From contig CM059432.1 of assembly GCA_030390025.1 (NCBI GenBank), positions 85,562,001-85,626,000 of the forward strand: a DNA stretch of 64,000 bases, in the 5' to 3' direction. The notes under the pieces are model-generated. The model saw nothing but the letters and a program-made list of their open reading frames with translations, was not told where the DNA came from and did not search any database. Positions 1-13,769 of the stretch are shown in pieces. The number at the start of each line of letters is the position of its first letter. Within the stretch, counting starts at the first letter, position 1. The stretch comes from Squalus acanthias (Eukaryota). A program made the position numbers and the translations under genes.

Positions 1-2609
1 GACTAGGTTCAGCATTGTTATTATCATCAGTGCAGCAATGATCAACTGATACAGTTTTTCCATTTCTATAAATTGACCAGAGACTAATGTTATCAAGTAG
101 CTGAATTCTCCTGTCATTTGAAACAAGAAGTTAAAAGAGGCATTTTGGTTGGCACATCAGATGTGTAATTAATGAGCATTCCTGCTAGAGTTCACTGTTG
201 TTTACTGTTATAATCATACAGTTACACCACAGAGAAAGCAGATAATTTCCATTGGTCTTGTGAGTAGCTCTTCAACTGCTTGTGCACACTCACTGCAGTG
301 ATACTGCATCTTTCACCAAAGGTACAGTAACAAAAATAAACAAAGTGGAAGGTATCCAATTTGAAATTATGCTAAACTGTGTTTCAAATTACTCATGTTG
401 ATGAAATAATAATACAGATGTAGACACCTTACTTAGATTTGCATAATGTGGTAACAAAGAAAATTCCAATGTCTGCGCTGATTAAAGTGCAAGGCTCTGC
501 TGTGTAGTTTAATCAGCCCAAGCTCCCTATTCCAACACAAACATAAAATACAACATACTAAAATGTTGTTATTGCCATTAGTAGCTAAATTTGAAGCAGC
601 AAGCTTCAAATATAACTGTGATCTTAAAAGCCATTGGGGAGAAACAAAGTACAGAGAAGTCACTACTGCCAGAAAGCTGTATTTGAAGAAAGTGATGTTG
701 GAAAGAGTTAGCCAGCAGTAATTAAGTGTGATAATGGCCATTTTGTGTGTTTCTGCCATGGACTAATACCCACTGGTTAACCCAATCAGATGGCAGTTTC
801 CTTAACCCATTTGCATCATGTTCAATGTTGATTAAGGCGGCAGGACAAATCTGACCAGCACCAGCTCTGACACGTGCACAGAGCTCACGTCTTTCTGGTG
901 TTCATTTTTATTAATTTTGTTTTAACATTCAAAAAATTTGCTACAAAGTTTTAGAAATTCCCAAGTGTTCGAACAGATTATTTAACTACTCCAACTGTGT
1001 CTTTAGACTGAGCTAGAGTTATACTGCAGCTGGTGGGAATTCAGAAAACCTTCCAGTGGGGTCTCACACCACATGGATTTAATGCACTCAGCTGTTAGAT
1101 CGGGTAACTCCTGAGCTATGCTACCACTTTTCGCATCCTGAGACCACATTGCATCAATGCAAAAGTTGCAGTATAACTGTTCCCTAGCAGAGCCTTTATT
1201 TTCAGTTTTACCCCAAAGTGCCCCATTTTAAGATTAAGCATGTTAGAATATTAATTCTGACACTCGGTAAATCGATATTATTGTAGTTATTGAACCATGG
1301 ACATTAGCTCTTTATCAGAACTCAGGCTTTTACTGCTTATTAATAGCCGCTGTCTCATCCAATAGGAATGTAAAGATTCAGTAATCTGTAATATGCCTTA
1401 ACATTTGCCAGTCCTCATGAGACTCCTTCAGAAAATTGCTTCATTGAGTTCTTTATTATCAACATTTTAATGAAATGTCACATTCAGATAGATAAATGCT
1501 GTGTTACTACATTTGTGATTAATAGTTCAAGCGTCTGATCTGTTTTTAAAAGCTGCTGTGAATGGGAATTAGGCCTGAATGGGAACACTGGGACCAAATA
1601 TCCGCAGGGTCTGACATCCTGACCAAAGTGCAGAGATACACCTGTTTGGAACCTCCACTGCTGCTGACTGCCAGATTTTTTGGGGTCGGGGTTGGTTCCC
1701 TCATTAGCATTTCAGTGATGAGTTCCATGCCACTACAAAAGCATCACGGACACCTGCCAGAAGAAGGGGACAAGAAATGCAGCACTGACCAGCCTCTTGC
1801 TGCCCCACCAGCACCATCAGTCCAAAAGCGGGCAAAGGTTTCTAAAGGGGTAGAAAAAACTTTTGTACAAAATTTTCAGGGGTCCAAACTGTGTCTCAGG
1901 CCTGGATTCCCAGGGTGGCTCCCAGTTCTGCTGACCAGCAGGCCAGTATGCCTCTTCTGACCAAGTGTACCAGCCTGCTAACAAATCCCAGACTGAGACC
2001 AAGGATACTCCCAGCCTGCTGGTCCCCTCCCTCTGGCCATGTCCCCTCTGACACAGGTGACCTTGTTTTGGTGGGCAGAGGTTCCACCCCAAACAAAGCT
2101 CCACAGAAACTGGCAGCGAAGGTTAGGATCCTGCACATCTGGGTCCCAATCTATTTCCCAGGCCTTACATCACACTCCCACTTGACTTACGCTGCGAGTG
2201 CACTGGAAGGCCTACGGGAATTCGGGACTGTTTATTTTAACTAAGTGCTGTGGTTTGAACTCGGGCCTCAGTCTATACCACAGTCACTCCCACATTAAGT
2301 TAAAAATCAATATTTTGTTACAGGAGCAGGAAACTATCCAAATTTACTCAAGTACACTTTCAAATATGCCATACTGGAACTAACTGAATTTATAACTCTC
2401 TTTTATACTGCTATCTTTGGTAACTATTCAAAAATGGTGTTGTTCTAAGGGTACTTTAGTGAAGAGGCCATGACAAATATACTTTATCCTTATACCCCTC
2501 TAAGGAGTAGCAACAACCTTCCCTTTTTCATGATTTCACAAAGCTGCAGTTATGCTGGTAACCAAGGCAAAACAGGACTTGTGCCAACACATTAAAAAAT
2601 ATAATAAAT

Positions 2610-3341
2610 GGCCCGTATTTTCCGATCCCTACGGGTGCGTACACACCCAGGGACATCGGAAATGCCGGTTTCAGGCATGCGAAGCGCATGCGCTGAAAAC
2701 TGGCATTTCCGATCTGTCAGGAATGCTCTTGACAGATCGGACGCCTGCCCTGGAGAAGGGCCTCTGCGGGTGGAGAGTTCCGCTTTCTGCAGAACCACCG
2801 CCCGCTGAAAGCCCTTAGAAATCTTACGCCTGCTTTTACCAGCATAAGAGTTTAAAAAAGTAAAAAAAAAAATTTTTTTCACTCATTTAAAATTTTATAA
2901 TAGTTTTAAAAAGGTAAGTTTATTTTTAGTCCCGTAAAAAACTTTAATTATTTTTTTCAAAAAATTAAATTTTTGTTTAAAATATTTAATTTAATGTAAT
3001 TTTAACTCATTTTAAAAACGTGATTTTAAAAAAAATGTGTTTATATTTTAATGTTTTAGTGTCTTTTTTCAGTGATCCCCATTCATACTTTTGACAGGTC
3101 TATCTGTCAAAAGTATGAAGGGGGATTCCCTTCTTTCATTGGCTCGCCTGGCCCACGTGATCCCAGGGACGCTTGCGAACCACATGCGCCCCTGGGATAT
3201 GTGGACCCTGCGCATTTCGACTATGGAGAGGCTCAGGATCGGAAATGGCCGCACCTCGGGAGCCCTCAGGTAAGGGCATAATTTTTTTTCCCGATAGGAG
3301 GCATCTGCACGCAGGAAGCCTCCTATCGGAAATTACGGGCC
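2610..3341. mobile_element. Harbinger/Tourist-type MITE
   Basis: TIR ggcccgtattttccgat / atcggaaattacgggcc (16/17), 3-bp TSD AAT on both sides, GC-rich ends and very AT-rich core. Confidence 0.9.
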
Positions 3342-3825
3342 AATGTGTTTCATTTACCCTATATATCTGTTTGATGCAATGGATCTGGTCCATGGAGAAA
3401 TGTGATAAAAAAAATTCATAAAACCAGACCTCATTCATTTTTAACAGACACCCACAATTCCAGAATAAGCCTATCACTACTCCACGGACCATGCCTAATC
3501 ATTTGATTTGTCCCCTGCTTACAGCCCTGACCCATTGACAGGAGTTATGTTTAACAAAATCAGAATATACCATAATTATTTTAAAAAACTGACATAAAAC
3601 CAGTAAGTAAGTGTAAAATCAAAACCAACAGAAAAAAAGATTTACTTCAAATGTCAGATATCACCACTGCCTACCTTACCCCCACAGCCCAGTGCTCACT
3701 AATACAGCACTAATACAGGTCCCTCAAGGCAGCTTAATGACCTGTTGGTGACAGATACCTGCACATGTCTACAACAAAAACAAATAGCTTTCTTTGAAGC
3801 TGTATTATAATTTTCTTGAATTTAT

Positions 3826-5579
3826 GGGCTGAATTTTACCTTCCTCGGCGGGTCCAGGGCAAGCGACGTCGGTGGCGGGTCCTGGCCTCACTGCTGGCTC
3901 CAGCCTGCTGTCGAAAATGATTTTCCCCTGATTGGGCTTGTTATGCCCGCCCAGCACGTTTGCCGGCCAACTGAAGGAAGCGGGTCTGATGATGTCATTC
4001 GATGACGTGTCATTAGCTGGTTTCCTTAAAGGGACCATGCGCAAATTAATTTTGACATTTGTGTTGTCATAGTTCGACAGCACTGAGGTGCTGCAAACAC
4101 TGACAAGCACAGCACAGATGTGCAGGGCTGCACCCAGGCTCTCACATGACTCCCTCCATATGCTTATGGAGGGAGTCACAGCACGCAGGGAGGTTCTCTT
4201 CCCTTCTAATGGGCGGAAGAGACCTCCCCAGGAGATCAACGCAGCCTGGTTGCACATTGCACAGGAGGGCACAAGCAGGGATGTTATAAGGAGGACCAGA
4301 CCGCAGTAGCGCAAACCTTTCAATTATCTCAGTAGATCACAAAAGGTTACTGCAAAGCCACACTCAACCTCATCCTGCTGTGCCACTCATCACATCCCCA
4401 TCATTCTGCCTTCACTACCCTACTCCTGCACATCCTTACACCAACTTACCTTGCACCTCCACCCATCCCTCTCTATCTACATTATCACTTCCCCATCTCA
4501 CAAGCCACCCCTCACACTCACCCTCATCCTAGTCCAATCATACCAACTAACAACACACAAGGATAGGCACTTGTGTGTTTTAGCCAATGTTCATGTGATG
4601 TTTCTGTTAATATGCTGTGAAACATTGAAATCTTTATTTTCAACACTTTGTATTCTTGGACAGATTTGTGTGCACCTTTGGAAGTGGTTTAGTGAGTTAC
4701 AGTGAATGGTGAGACATAACGGTACCCCTCGCAATGGTCATAAGTGTGAAATGAATGGCTTGAGCATTGTAGGGATGCTTTATGGTGTTAGTGTGGGCTG
4801 ATGCCAACCTGTGGCAGCCAGGGTGTACAGTGTCAAGTGAAGTAAATCTGGCCATGGTGAGGCCATCCCTGGCCTCCCGGGCAGCAATGTGATCGGGTGC
4901 TGATGCCCTGTGTCCTGTGCAGCATCAGTTGATTGCAGAGAAAGTTGGTGTTGTTGTTAGTGCTGCTGGTGTGCCTGGTGCTGCTGCTGTTGGGGCTGAT
5001 CATGGTGGGATTCTGAGGACCAAGGTGATATAGTTTCAAGGGCACCAATGCTGATGTAATAGATGGCAGGTGAACTTGAGATGACAGAAGCGATCTGTCA
5101 ATGGTGAGAGAGGTTGTTCCAATGAGGTGACACTGGATAGAGAGTTTACTCCAAACACTTGCAACCTGCATAAAGCTCAATCTGTCTTCCAATTGCAGTA
5201 AGCAACAGCTTCGGAGCTGTGAACAGATGTGAGATGGGAGTTTTTATAGCACATCTACAGCTGGCAAGTAATGAGATGATTCCATGGTCATACAACTCCC
5301 GACCTCCTTACCTGACATGATCCCCGAGCAGTGTGGACCCCGTGGGTGACCTTGTAAAATGTAAAGGTGAGCTCAAAATACTTCTTAACAAGTTCATAAT
5401 GACCTGAATTGCCTCCCCATTGCTGCGTGTCGGGTCTGTTCAGCGCTGACAGACCCAACATCTGGGAAAGGCACGTAACGGCGGGTTGACAGCGGGATCC
5501 CGACCCGCTGTCAAAAAAAAAGTTTTCCCACCCGACCCACCACTGAACGCGCCCGCTGACCCCCCAAAAACTTCCCCCC
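3826..5579 (+). mobile_element. Non-autonomous Harbinger derivative with Myb/SANT exon remnant
   Basis: Left end gggctgaatttt; degenerate right end aaaacttccccc; 4118-4330 encodes RAAPRLSHDSLHMLMEGVTARREVLFP...AWLHIA...*RKPFN, a Myb/SANT-like domain with a stop. Confidence 0.65.
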
Positions 5580-5930
5580 TGTGCTTTTACCCAGGACACC
5601 AGAACCAGCACATGCACAGAGTATAAAGTGGAGTTCATTTCACAACAGTATTGGTTTCCAGTCGCTGCTTGCGTATTAAACAATTTATTACTGTGTGTTA
5701 TTCTGACTGATTCCATGTCACTCACCTTGTTCCTTATGTGAAAAAGAAGTCTCACTCTATCTTGTACCCTCTATCTGAAAATGAAAACTTGTGGATATTC
5801 ATTGGACTAATCAATTTTCAGCAGAAATGCAATTCATCTTGTTATCATGGTTATTTGTTAGTACTTTGGCCGTGCAAAAATGTAAATTAGGTGTCAGAGA
5901 ATCATTTAACACAGGAAAAAAAAGCTTTAG

Positions 5931-6134
5931 AGGGATAATTTTCTGACTTTGCGCTGCTTTGGAGGGTAAGGTGGGTGAGTGGTGGGGTGGAGGTGGTTCA
6001 CGGGCTGCCCATGATTTTACAACCAATTAAAATAATGGTTCAAAAATCTATGTAGCGGACTCACAAAATTCCAAAACGTGTTCCCAGTGGATGAGGCTCT
6101 TGGATGGGAGTCCAAAAATCAGAAAATTATCCCT
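5931..6134. mobile_element. 204-bp Harbinger-type MITE
   Basis: Perfect 16-bp TIR agggataattttctga / tcagaaaattatccct; TSD TAG. Confidence 0.9.
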
Positions 6135-6249
6135 TAGAAATATTCATCCTTTTTCCTTTTCTCCAAGCAGACCAGTAACTTAATTGAATCATCCAGTTAG
6201 TCTATTGACACCTATTGTATCCATACCTCTGGCAACAATAAGCTTCACA

Positions 6250-7640
6250 GTTGCAGAAGTGAAGGATGTTACAGATGTCAGTCAACTACTAACTGGATGG
6301 GGTGGAAGCGACCAATGTTGTGATGGGTGGAAGAAAGTGGTTTTGATAATAAAGCAGCTGTAAGAAAGAAAGCTGGGTTGAACAGGGCGTGCTTTCTGAC
6401 TCAGAATGAGACGGCAACCGCGAAGGTTAATAGACTCATGGCCAGGAGATTGAAGGTACTAAAGGGCATTAAGTAGGATGATCTCAGTTTTGCTGATATT
6501 CAGCTGGATGAAGTTTCAGCTTATATTAGACAGGCAATTTGAAAGTGTGGAATCAAACTTTGGGTCAATAAAGGCCATTGTCAGCATATATGTTGAGGGT
6601 AAACCTGAACATCCAGATAATGTTGCTAAAGGGTAACATGTTGATAGTAAAGAGGAGAAGGCCAAGGTTAGACCCCTGAGGTATGCCAGAGTTGACTGTG
6701 TAAGCAGAAGAAGAGAAACTGTTGGCAGCAATGTAATGCCTGCATTAAGTCAGGTAACAGCAAAACCAGAAGAGAGTAGTGCCCTGGGACTGCAGAGAAG
6801 AGACATTGGAGGAGGTTAACTGGGCTGAAGGCAGCAGAGACCTCAAGGAGGTTGAGGAGAGTCATGGTCACAGCTGCACAGGATGATATTTGTGACTTTG
6901 GCCAGTGGGGTCTCGGTGCTGTGGGCAGACTGAAGCCAAATTGGAGGGATCTGAATAAGGAATGGTGAGATAGGTGGAAATATAGTCGTACGGCAACAAC
7001 ATGTTCCAAGATATTGGGGAGGAAGTGAAGGTTTGAGATGGGACGATAGATGCAGAGAATGCAGGGATTTAGGATGGGTCTTTTTGAGGAGATAAGTGAT
7101 AACCAATGTTCCCTGTAATTTTTTTTAGGGCTGCGCAGCCCTTTAAGGGGCTGCCGGTCCATTCAAAATACCACGCATGCGCGGTTTTTCTATTGAAAAA
7201 CCGGCTGCGAAGTACACCTGGAGCGCTGCATGGCCGCACAGCTTACTGGGAACATTGGTGATGACTGGTTTTGAAGGACGGGGACAGTGCTAGATGGCAG
7301 AGGCAGGTTGATGACATTGGCAAACATGGGGTGAGGAGGTGCGGTTGGATGGTCAGAAGCTGGGATGGGAGGGGATCTATCGAGTAGGTGGTGGGCTTCA
7401 TGGAAGAAATAAGATAACTAAGGGTTGAGGGGTAGATGGGGGAGAAATTGCAAAGAACAGGAAAGCTGAAGCACGTATAGGTGATGGGGAGCTGGATTTG
7501 GAGAAACAGGTGGTTGGGGCAGTCAGAGGAGGCAGCAGCCACAATATGGATGGCCTTGATTTTTGCAACAAAAAAAAAATCCATGAGGTCCTTGAATTTT
7601 CAGTCCAAGGTGAGGATGAGGGGTGCAGTGTGGGAAAGCA
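6250..7640 (-). mobile_element. Degraded L2-type LINE ORF2 (RT) fragment
   Basis: Frameshifted peptides YRPISNLHFLPNILEHVVA...QFGF, AHSTETPLAKVTN, KPTTYSIDPLPS; boundaries approximate. Confidence 0.7.
7104..7257. mobile_element. 154-bp hAT-type MITE inserted in the L2 fragment
   Basis: TIR caatgttccctgtaa / ttactgggaacattg (14/15); 8-bp TSD gtgataac / gtgatgac. Confidence 0.85.
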
Positions 7641-8544
7641 ATTAGCAGTGTAGAGGAGGAGAGCCCTAGCTATCAAGTTGTTACTGAAAACTCTTCCCTC
7701 TGACAATACACACGTTGTCCACAAGATTAGCGTGCCTGATTGGGCAGGTTGGCATCTGTTCCCTTTAAGTAATTTAGAGCTCTACTAACTGCAGATTATC
7801 ATTGGTCAACAGCAATCAATTGCACTGATAGCCTTGGTGTAATTCATAATGAATACAATCATGTGACTGTCACTCAGAAATTTATATTATACTAGGTGAA
7901 AGGTTCAGAACGAAACAGTCCATAGCATCAATAGAGACACAAGCAAGCTTGTGACACACACAGAGAAAAGGTGTAGGTTAAAGAAGGATCATACAACATA
8001 CTAAAGTTTGAGAACCATGCACTAATCTACAACTCCATTGTCATTAAAAAGAATCAATAATCGGGTAGAAATATACAGCGTTCTCTCCAAAATGAAAAGA
8101 AGATGTTATCAGAATCTTTAGCTAGTCTTCTTTTACTACACTGCACTATTTGACATGGACTGAATATTAATGCAGTACCAATAAGGATGTGACTTTGATT
8201 GAATCATCTGGGTAGATTTTCCTCCCAGGCGGTGTTCAGGCGGTTGGTGGATGGAGCAATCCTTTCAGCAGCTCAATCATATGGACAGAGGTCCCAGCCA
8301 ATTTTGACCGGCAGGCCATATTTGCATGGCACTGATGGACTGTCCAGGTGCTGGGATCGCTGACAGGCAGCCTGCCCAATTGTGAGGCAGGATTTCCACC
8401 TGAGACCTGTGCTATTTAAATTTTAAAGGTGTCAAGTAGCCCTAACAAAAGTGTTCCCTGCTGACTTGAACCGATTTCTGGCAATTGGTATTGATCTAGA
8501 GAGTAAGTTCTGCTGATTTTCCACTTGCTTGCAGCATTTGCAGA

Positions 8545-8775
8545 ATGGCCACGTCTAGAGGTGCAAGTTTCAGTGACGTTGTGGTGGAGGTACTGGTGGA
8601 GCAGGTGCAGGATCTGAGGCAGGTCCTCTTCCCCAAAGCTGGCACCAGGGACCCAAAACACACATTGCAACAGTCCTGGAAGGAGGGTGCTAAGGTGGTC
8701 AGCATCTGAAGCATCACCCGAAGGACCTGGAATCAGTGTAGGAAGCAGTTTAATGACCTGACCAGGACATCAAGG
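8545..8775 (+). pseudogene. Harbinger Myb/SANT-like DNA-binding protein exon 1
   Basis: MATSRGASFSDVVVEVLVEQVQDLRQVLFP...SWKEGAKVVSI*SITRRTWNQCRKQFNDLTRTSR then GT donor; one internal stop. Confidence 0.8.
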
Positions 8776-9764
8776 GTGAAATGCAAATCTTTCTGTCTCC
8801 ATTTATATGAGTCACACCTTTCCATACCAGTTTTTGGCACCCTACACCCACCACCCCACCCCCAATGCACATGTCACTCTTCTCTCCCCACACTGCATGC
8901 TTCTTCTCCACTCACAGCGGGTCATGGCAGCAGCTCTCCTTTTTGTTACAAACAAACACTCACCTACTGCTCGTGCCCTCACAACAGGCACAAACAGCAA
9001 TCTGGGTTCACCTGGTCGTAACTGGAAGACCTTTCACTCGTCCGCTAATTGCTTCCACTTTTTCTCTCTGCAGCCATTCTCGAGCACAAAAGCACATCCC
9101 CATCCTCCTCTAAAGTTGCTGCTTCTCTCTTTCAACATGCTCTCTAGATGAAGAAGCCACACACAGCTGAACAGAAGATTACAACAAAAAAATACTAACT
9201 TTCTGCAACTCTTTCTGCAGGAGAAGATGGCCCAGACCAATAGGGAGAGGACCCATACCGGAGGGGGAAGTTGGGTGCCTGTCTCCATCCACCACTTCAG
9301 AAGTGATGGAGGAGGAAGCGATTGAGATATTGGGGCAGGGAACAGGCAGAAGCATAGGCAATGGCAAGGCTGGCGCAAGCCTACAGCAGGGTGTCGGCCT
9401 TTATTACTACAATCTCTCTCTCCTCTCACTATCCTGCATGTAGACTGTGAGGCACCTTGATGCTGTCTAGCGCTGACATTCATCCACTGCTTTGTTAACT
9501 GTCACCTCCATAGTAACCCTTGTCCCTTCTGCTCTTCACTAGGTTCTACTCATCCTTCGGAACATCAAGCAGAAACTTTGGAGGAGCAGAACCCTCCCGA
9601 AGAAGCACAGTCACTCGCTCTATCTTTTGCAAGCACCAGCTTAGAGATCGGCACCCTGGTTGGGATAGAAAGTAAGGTAGAGGCGGATGCATAGGATGAT
9701 TTGCGCAGTACTCGTGAGCAGATGGGGGAGGCAGTGAAAGGGGAAGCCCATGACATGGGAACTC

Positions 9765-10075
9765 TGTGTTCCTCCAACTCTGGCCTCTTGTTCAACCACA
9801 CCTTCCTTCATCCCACCAATGGCGGTTGTACCTTCAGCCATCTAGGCACTAAGCTCTGGAATTCCATCTATAAACCTCTCCGTCTCTCTACCTCTCTTTC
9901 CTTCTTTAACACCCTTCTTAAAACCTACCTCTTTGGCCAAGCTTTTGGTCACCTGTCTTAATGTCTACTTCTTTGGCTTGGTGTCAGTTTTTGTCTGATT
10001 ATGCTCCTTTGAAGCATCTTGGGACATTTTACTACATTGAAGGCGCTATATAAATGCAAATTGTTGTTGTTGTTG
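9765..10075 (+). mobile_element. L2 3' end fragment
   Basis: GGCTFSHLGTKLWNS...LLKTYLF; ends ggcgctatataaatgcaaa(ttg)n; same family as 21691-22288. Confidence 0.8.
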
Positions 10076-11684
10076 GAAGACAAGCCCAGGTCCTACCTTT
10101 GCTACAGAGGATTGAGATGCAGACCTTAGAGGCCTAGATTGGTGTTGAAGCACTATTGAAGGGGTGAAGTGAAAGGGTTGGTTGTGATTTTTGTTTTATT
10201 GGAAGGTTTGGTCAATGAGCTGCTACCTAATAACCCTGGCAGCTTGCCGTACAGGGCTTGCAGCAGCTTTACTTGCTTCTTGTTCCTGGGGATCTTCTTC
10301 CTCCCATGAGGACTCCTCCTTAGCTGCTGCTGGCTCAATATCTTGCCGCCTGTGTAAGACGAGTTTATGCAGGATGCAGCAGACGACAGCGGGAGACACA
10401 ATGGGGTCAGTATTGAAGAAAACCCCCTGGTTTGTTCAGGCACCTGAATCACAGCTCCAGAACAGCTTGCTTGATTACTGCCTTAGTATTCCCATGGTTA
10501 TCATTTTGGCTCCATTCAGCTGAGGTTCATGGCTGCTAAACAGGTGTCATCAGCCATGGTAATAACAGGTAATTGTTGTCCACAGTAGCCATCCTTGGAC
10601 CTACTGCTGTTGCTCAAAATGTGCAGAGATGTTGGACTGACGTAGAATGAACACATCATGGCTGCTCTCATTGAGCCTACATTCTGGTGAAGTGTTTGGC
10701 ACAATCTGCTTTGAAATTCCAGGGTCCATGGTGCCACTTGCATGCTATCTTCTTGAGGGTAGTGGAGTTGGAACTTTATATTGGGTTCATGACTTCCATA
10801 AGCATGCACTTATCTGAGCACTTTTTCCCTATTTCTTCCATGAAGCAGAGGACCTGGGAGACTGCCTTAACTTGCTTGGCTATCTACACCCACGTAGCAT
10901 GCACCCCAGATTTAACAGATGGGTGCCACCAACCTTTACTGCACCTCCTGTAGTGGGACCTCTAAGGAGTCATTGATAAATGAAAGAGTCTTAGACACAG
11001 CCCTCATTGCACACATTTCTCTATAATATAATAAACGCCCCTTTAATGGTGAGTAGCATTCCTTTAAGAGCTGATGACTCGGCCAAATGTACAACACACA
11101 GCCAGCAAAATATAGGTCTGCCTCAGTGTGCTTTTTTTCTATATTCAGGGAACTTACTAAAATGAAGAGGAAGGGTTTGCCTTGCCAAATTCAGCAAGAC
11201 CAGGCTTCCCAAACTGTCAGCAAAGGTGTACCCAGAGCATGGGCAAGTGCAGCCCCGATTTTGCTGTTCTCACATAATTGGTCTACTATGTAGGATGTTT
11301 TTTTTAATCCGTGCATTTACCTTTTTTTCTGAATTGTCCTATTTATTCTTTTTACAAATTTGTCTTTCTTCCATTGTCCCAGATTTGTTTTTTCGGTCTA
11401 TGTCTGTGTTAAAAGCAACAGATATCTAACAGATATTCAAGGCACTGCTCGATTCACAGGTGCCCAATTTTCTGACAGCTGGCATGAGGCTGGCATGCCT
11501 CATATACATGTATTAACATTAGGTTAAGAAGTTTCCATGCTGAATTATCCACCTTTGGTCAAGGCTCTGCCTACAGTGTACTCCTCATCCATATAAACTG
11601 GGCCATTGGAAGTTCTGCCACTTGACCTGCTTAAACACATTGCTTAAAGAGAGATGGCAATTTTAGTTGTAAGTAAAGTTTTTT

Positions 11685-12311
11685 GGGGAAAAATTGAGTC
11701 ACGCCCGTTTTGGGGTGCTAACTTCGCCGGGACGCTACTTTTAGTGCCCCGGAAAAATTAGCGCCCCCGCAGCCAAAATTGAGTGGTAGCGCCCCAAGAG
11801 GGAAGTGGGGCGCTACTGGAAGCGCCCCGCCTCCCTCTTGGGGCGCTGCGAGGGAATATCATGGTGCTACGTGCCACGGTATTGCAGGCCTTCCTCCCCT
11901 TCTTAAAGGGGAGGGGCCTTGCGCAGCGCGACTCAAGAGAAGTGCCGGGCTCATGGAGCGCAGCCGGCACTCCGCGGGGGGGGGCGGGTCAGGAGGCCGG
12001 GGACGGCAGCAGAGGCAGGTGCTGGCAGGCAGCCAGCAACAAAAATGGCCGCCCAGCACCTCACCTTTAAATAGCGCTGCCCTGGCCGCAGGTAGGCCCC
12101 CCTGACCCCGTCGGACATAGCGTCCGGCGGTAAGTCAGGGGGTGCTACCGAAGATCGCGGCCGGGGCACGAGCAGGGCGCTGCGCACGGCAATGACGGTT
12201 ACCGCCGCCGCTAACTTCCCGCTAAATTTCGCGGGTGACGTTGGCAGCGCCACGCCCGGGCGCTAGTTGCTTTGTGCCCCATTAGCGCGCAAAGCAACCG
12301 AATTTTTCCCC
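11685..12311. mobile_element. CpG-rich Harbinger-type MITE
   Basis: TIR ggggaaaaatt / aatttttcccc; TSD TTT; subterminal similarity to the MITEs at 39884, 47238 and 61812. Confidence 0.85.
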
Positions 12312-12805
12312 CTTTGATTTTTTGAAGTTTTAGTTGCATTTTGTTGCATTCTTCTCCTTGCATTAGTTGGTTTTGCAAGATAGTTCACTATTTTTGCATT
12401 TTTGGGTTTCTTTTCCTTCCTGTGTTTTCCTTCATTATTATTGATTGCTGCTGGCATTTAAATCAGACTTTACAAGATGGTGAAGGTGGTTATCCCTTTA
12501 GGGGTTCTGAACACACTGCATGAGGAAGAACAGTTCATAAGGGGCCAACAAATGCAGTTGCAACGACACCTTACACATTTAGTCCACATCTGTAACTGTC
12601 TCAGAACCTGTATGTAGACCACTCTGCACCTAAATTGACATGTCAGAGGAAATCAGTTTTCACCGACGCTGTTTCATAATACAGGCAGTCACAAGGTTGT
12701 GCTACCTGCTGCAGGTCAATCTGCAGCCTCGGTTCTACCTGTAGAAAAGAAGTCACCAAATCTTGAAGCTTTCATACCACTACATCCTCCCAATCCACTG
12801 CAGAA

Positions 12806-13100
12806 GAAAGAAAGGAAAAACTTGCATTTATACAGCGTCTTTCATGATCTCAGAACATCCTAAAGCACTTTACAGCCAATAAAGTACTTTTGAAGTATAT
12901 TCCCTGTTGCAATGTAGGAAATGCGGCAGCCAGTTTGTGCACAGCAAGGTCCCACAATCAGCAATGAGATAATGGCCAGATAATCTGTTTTTTGTGATGT
13001 TGGTTGAGGGATAAATATTGACCAGACACCGTGGAGAACTCCCCCGGTCTTCTTTGAATAGTGCCATGGGATCTTTTACATCCAACTGACAAGGCAGATG
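12806..13100 (-). mobile_element. Deu-domain SINE (SacSINE1/AmnSINE1-like), 5'-truncated
   Basis: Minus strand reads gtaaaagatcccatggcactattcaaagaagaccgggggagttctccacggtgtctggtcaa (Deu-domain-like, recalled) and ends with an L2-like tail cgctgtataaatgcaag...ttctttc. Confidence 0.7.
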
Positions 13101-13139
13101 TCAGATGACAGTACAGAAGGAGACCACTTAGTCACATTC

Positions 13140-13610
13140 CATTGTCCTTATCTCATATGCCTTTATTTCTTTATTTTTCAATGATTTACTTCCTTCCCTT
13201 TTAAAAGCTGTTAGCTTCCACTACTGTTTCTGGTAGGGCATTTCAAGTCCAAACAAAGCTCTTCATAAACAATATCTTCTAACCTTTCTTTAGCACTCTA
13301 ATTACTGACTTACTGACCAGTGGAATTTTTTTCCCCCCATTTACCTTTTGAAAACCCCCTCATAATGTTTAGCACCTAAATCTCCTAACCCACTTTGTTC
13401 TAGTGAAAATAGCTCAGTTTCTCCAGTCTCTCATAACTAAACCCTCTCATCCCTGGTATTATCTGAGTAAATTTCTTCTGTACTGTCTCCATGGCCTTGT
13501 CATCCTTCTTAAAGAAGGGTGCCCAAAACTGAATACAGTATTCTAATGAAAGCCTAACCAATGATTTGTATAGGTTTAGCATTTCCTGTTTTTGTACTCT
13601 GTGCCTCTGT
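13140..13610 (-). mobile_element. Degraded CR1 3' fragment
   Basis: LYKSLVRLSLEYCIQFWAP...GFSYERLEKL. Confidence 0.75.
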
Positions 13611-13769
13611 GCTTCTATGCCAACATCAGGTAGTCTGGAATGGAAACTGCTATCAAGCAAGTGACAAACACTATAGGGTAATTTTCACTTTGGATGTGGG
13701 TGAAAAACTGGTGGGTGCAGATCGCCAACCTGTTATATAACCTGCCCGATTTTCTTTTTCATTAAAGTC

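Larger units (their letters stand above)
8210..11200 (+). mobile_element. Old decayed Harbinger element (Myb/SANT gene on +; possible transposase remnants on - at ~10500-10930)
   Basis: Left end gggtagattttcc; Myb exon at 8545-8775; next exon after tttctgcag at 9221 (EKMAQ); right end not found. Confidence 0.6.

Noticed and set aside
433..759. 108-aa ORF and similar short ORFs in AT-rich unique DNA
   Set aside because: No recognisable motifs; lengths compatible with chance
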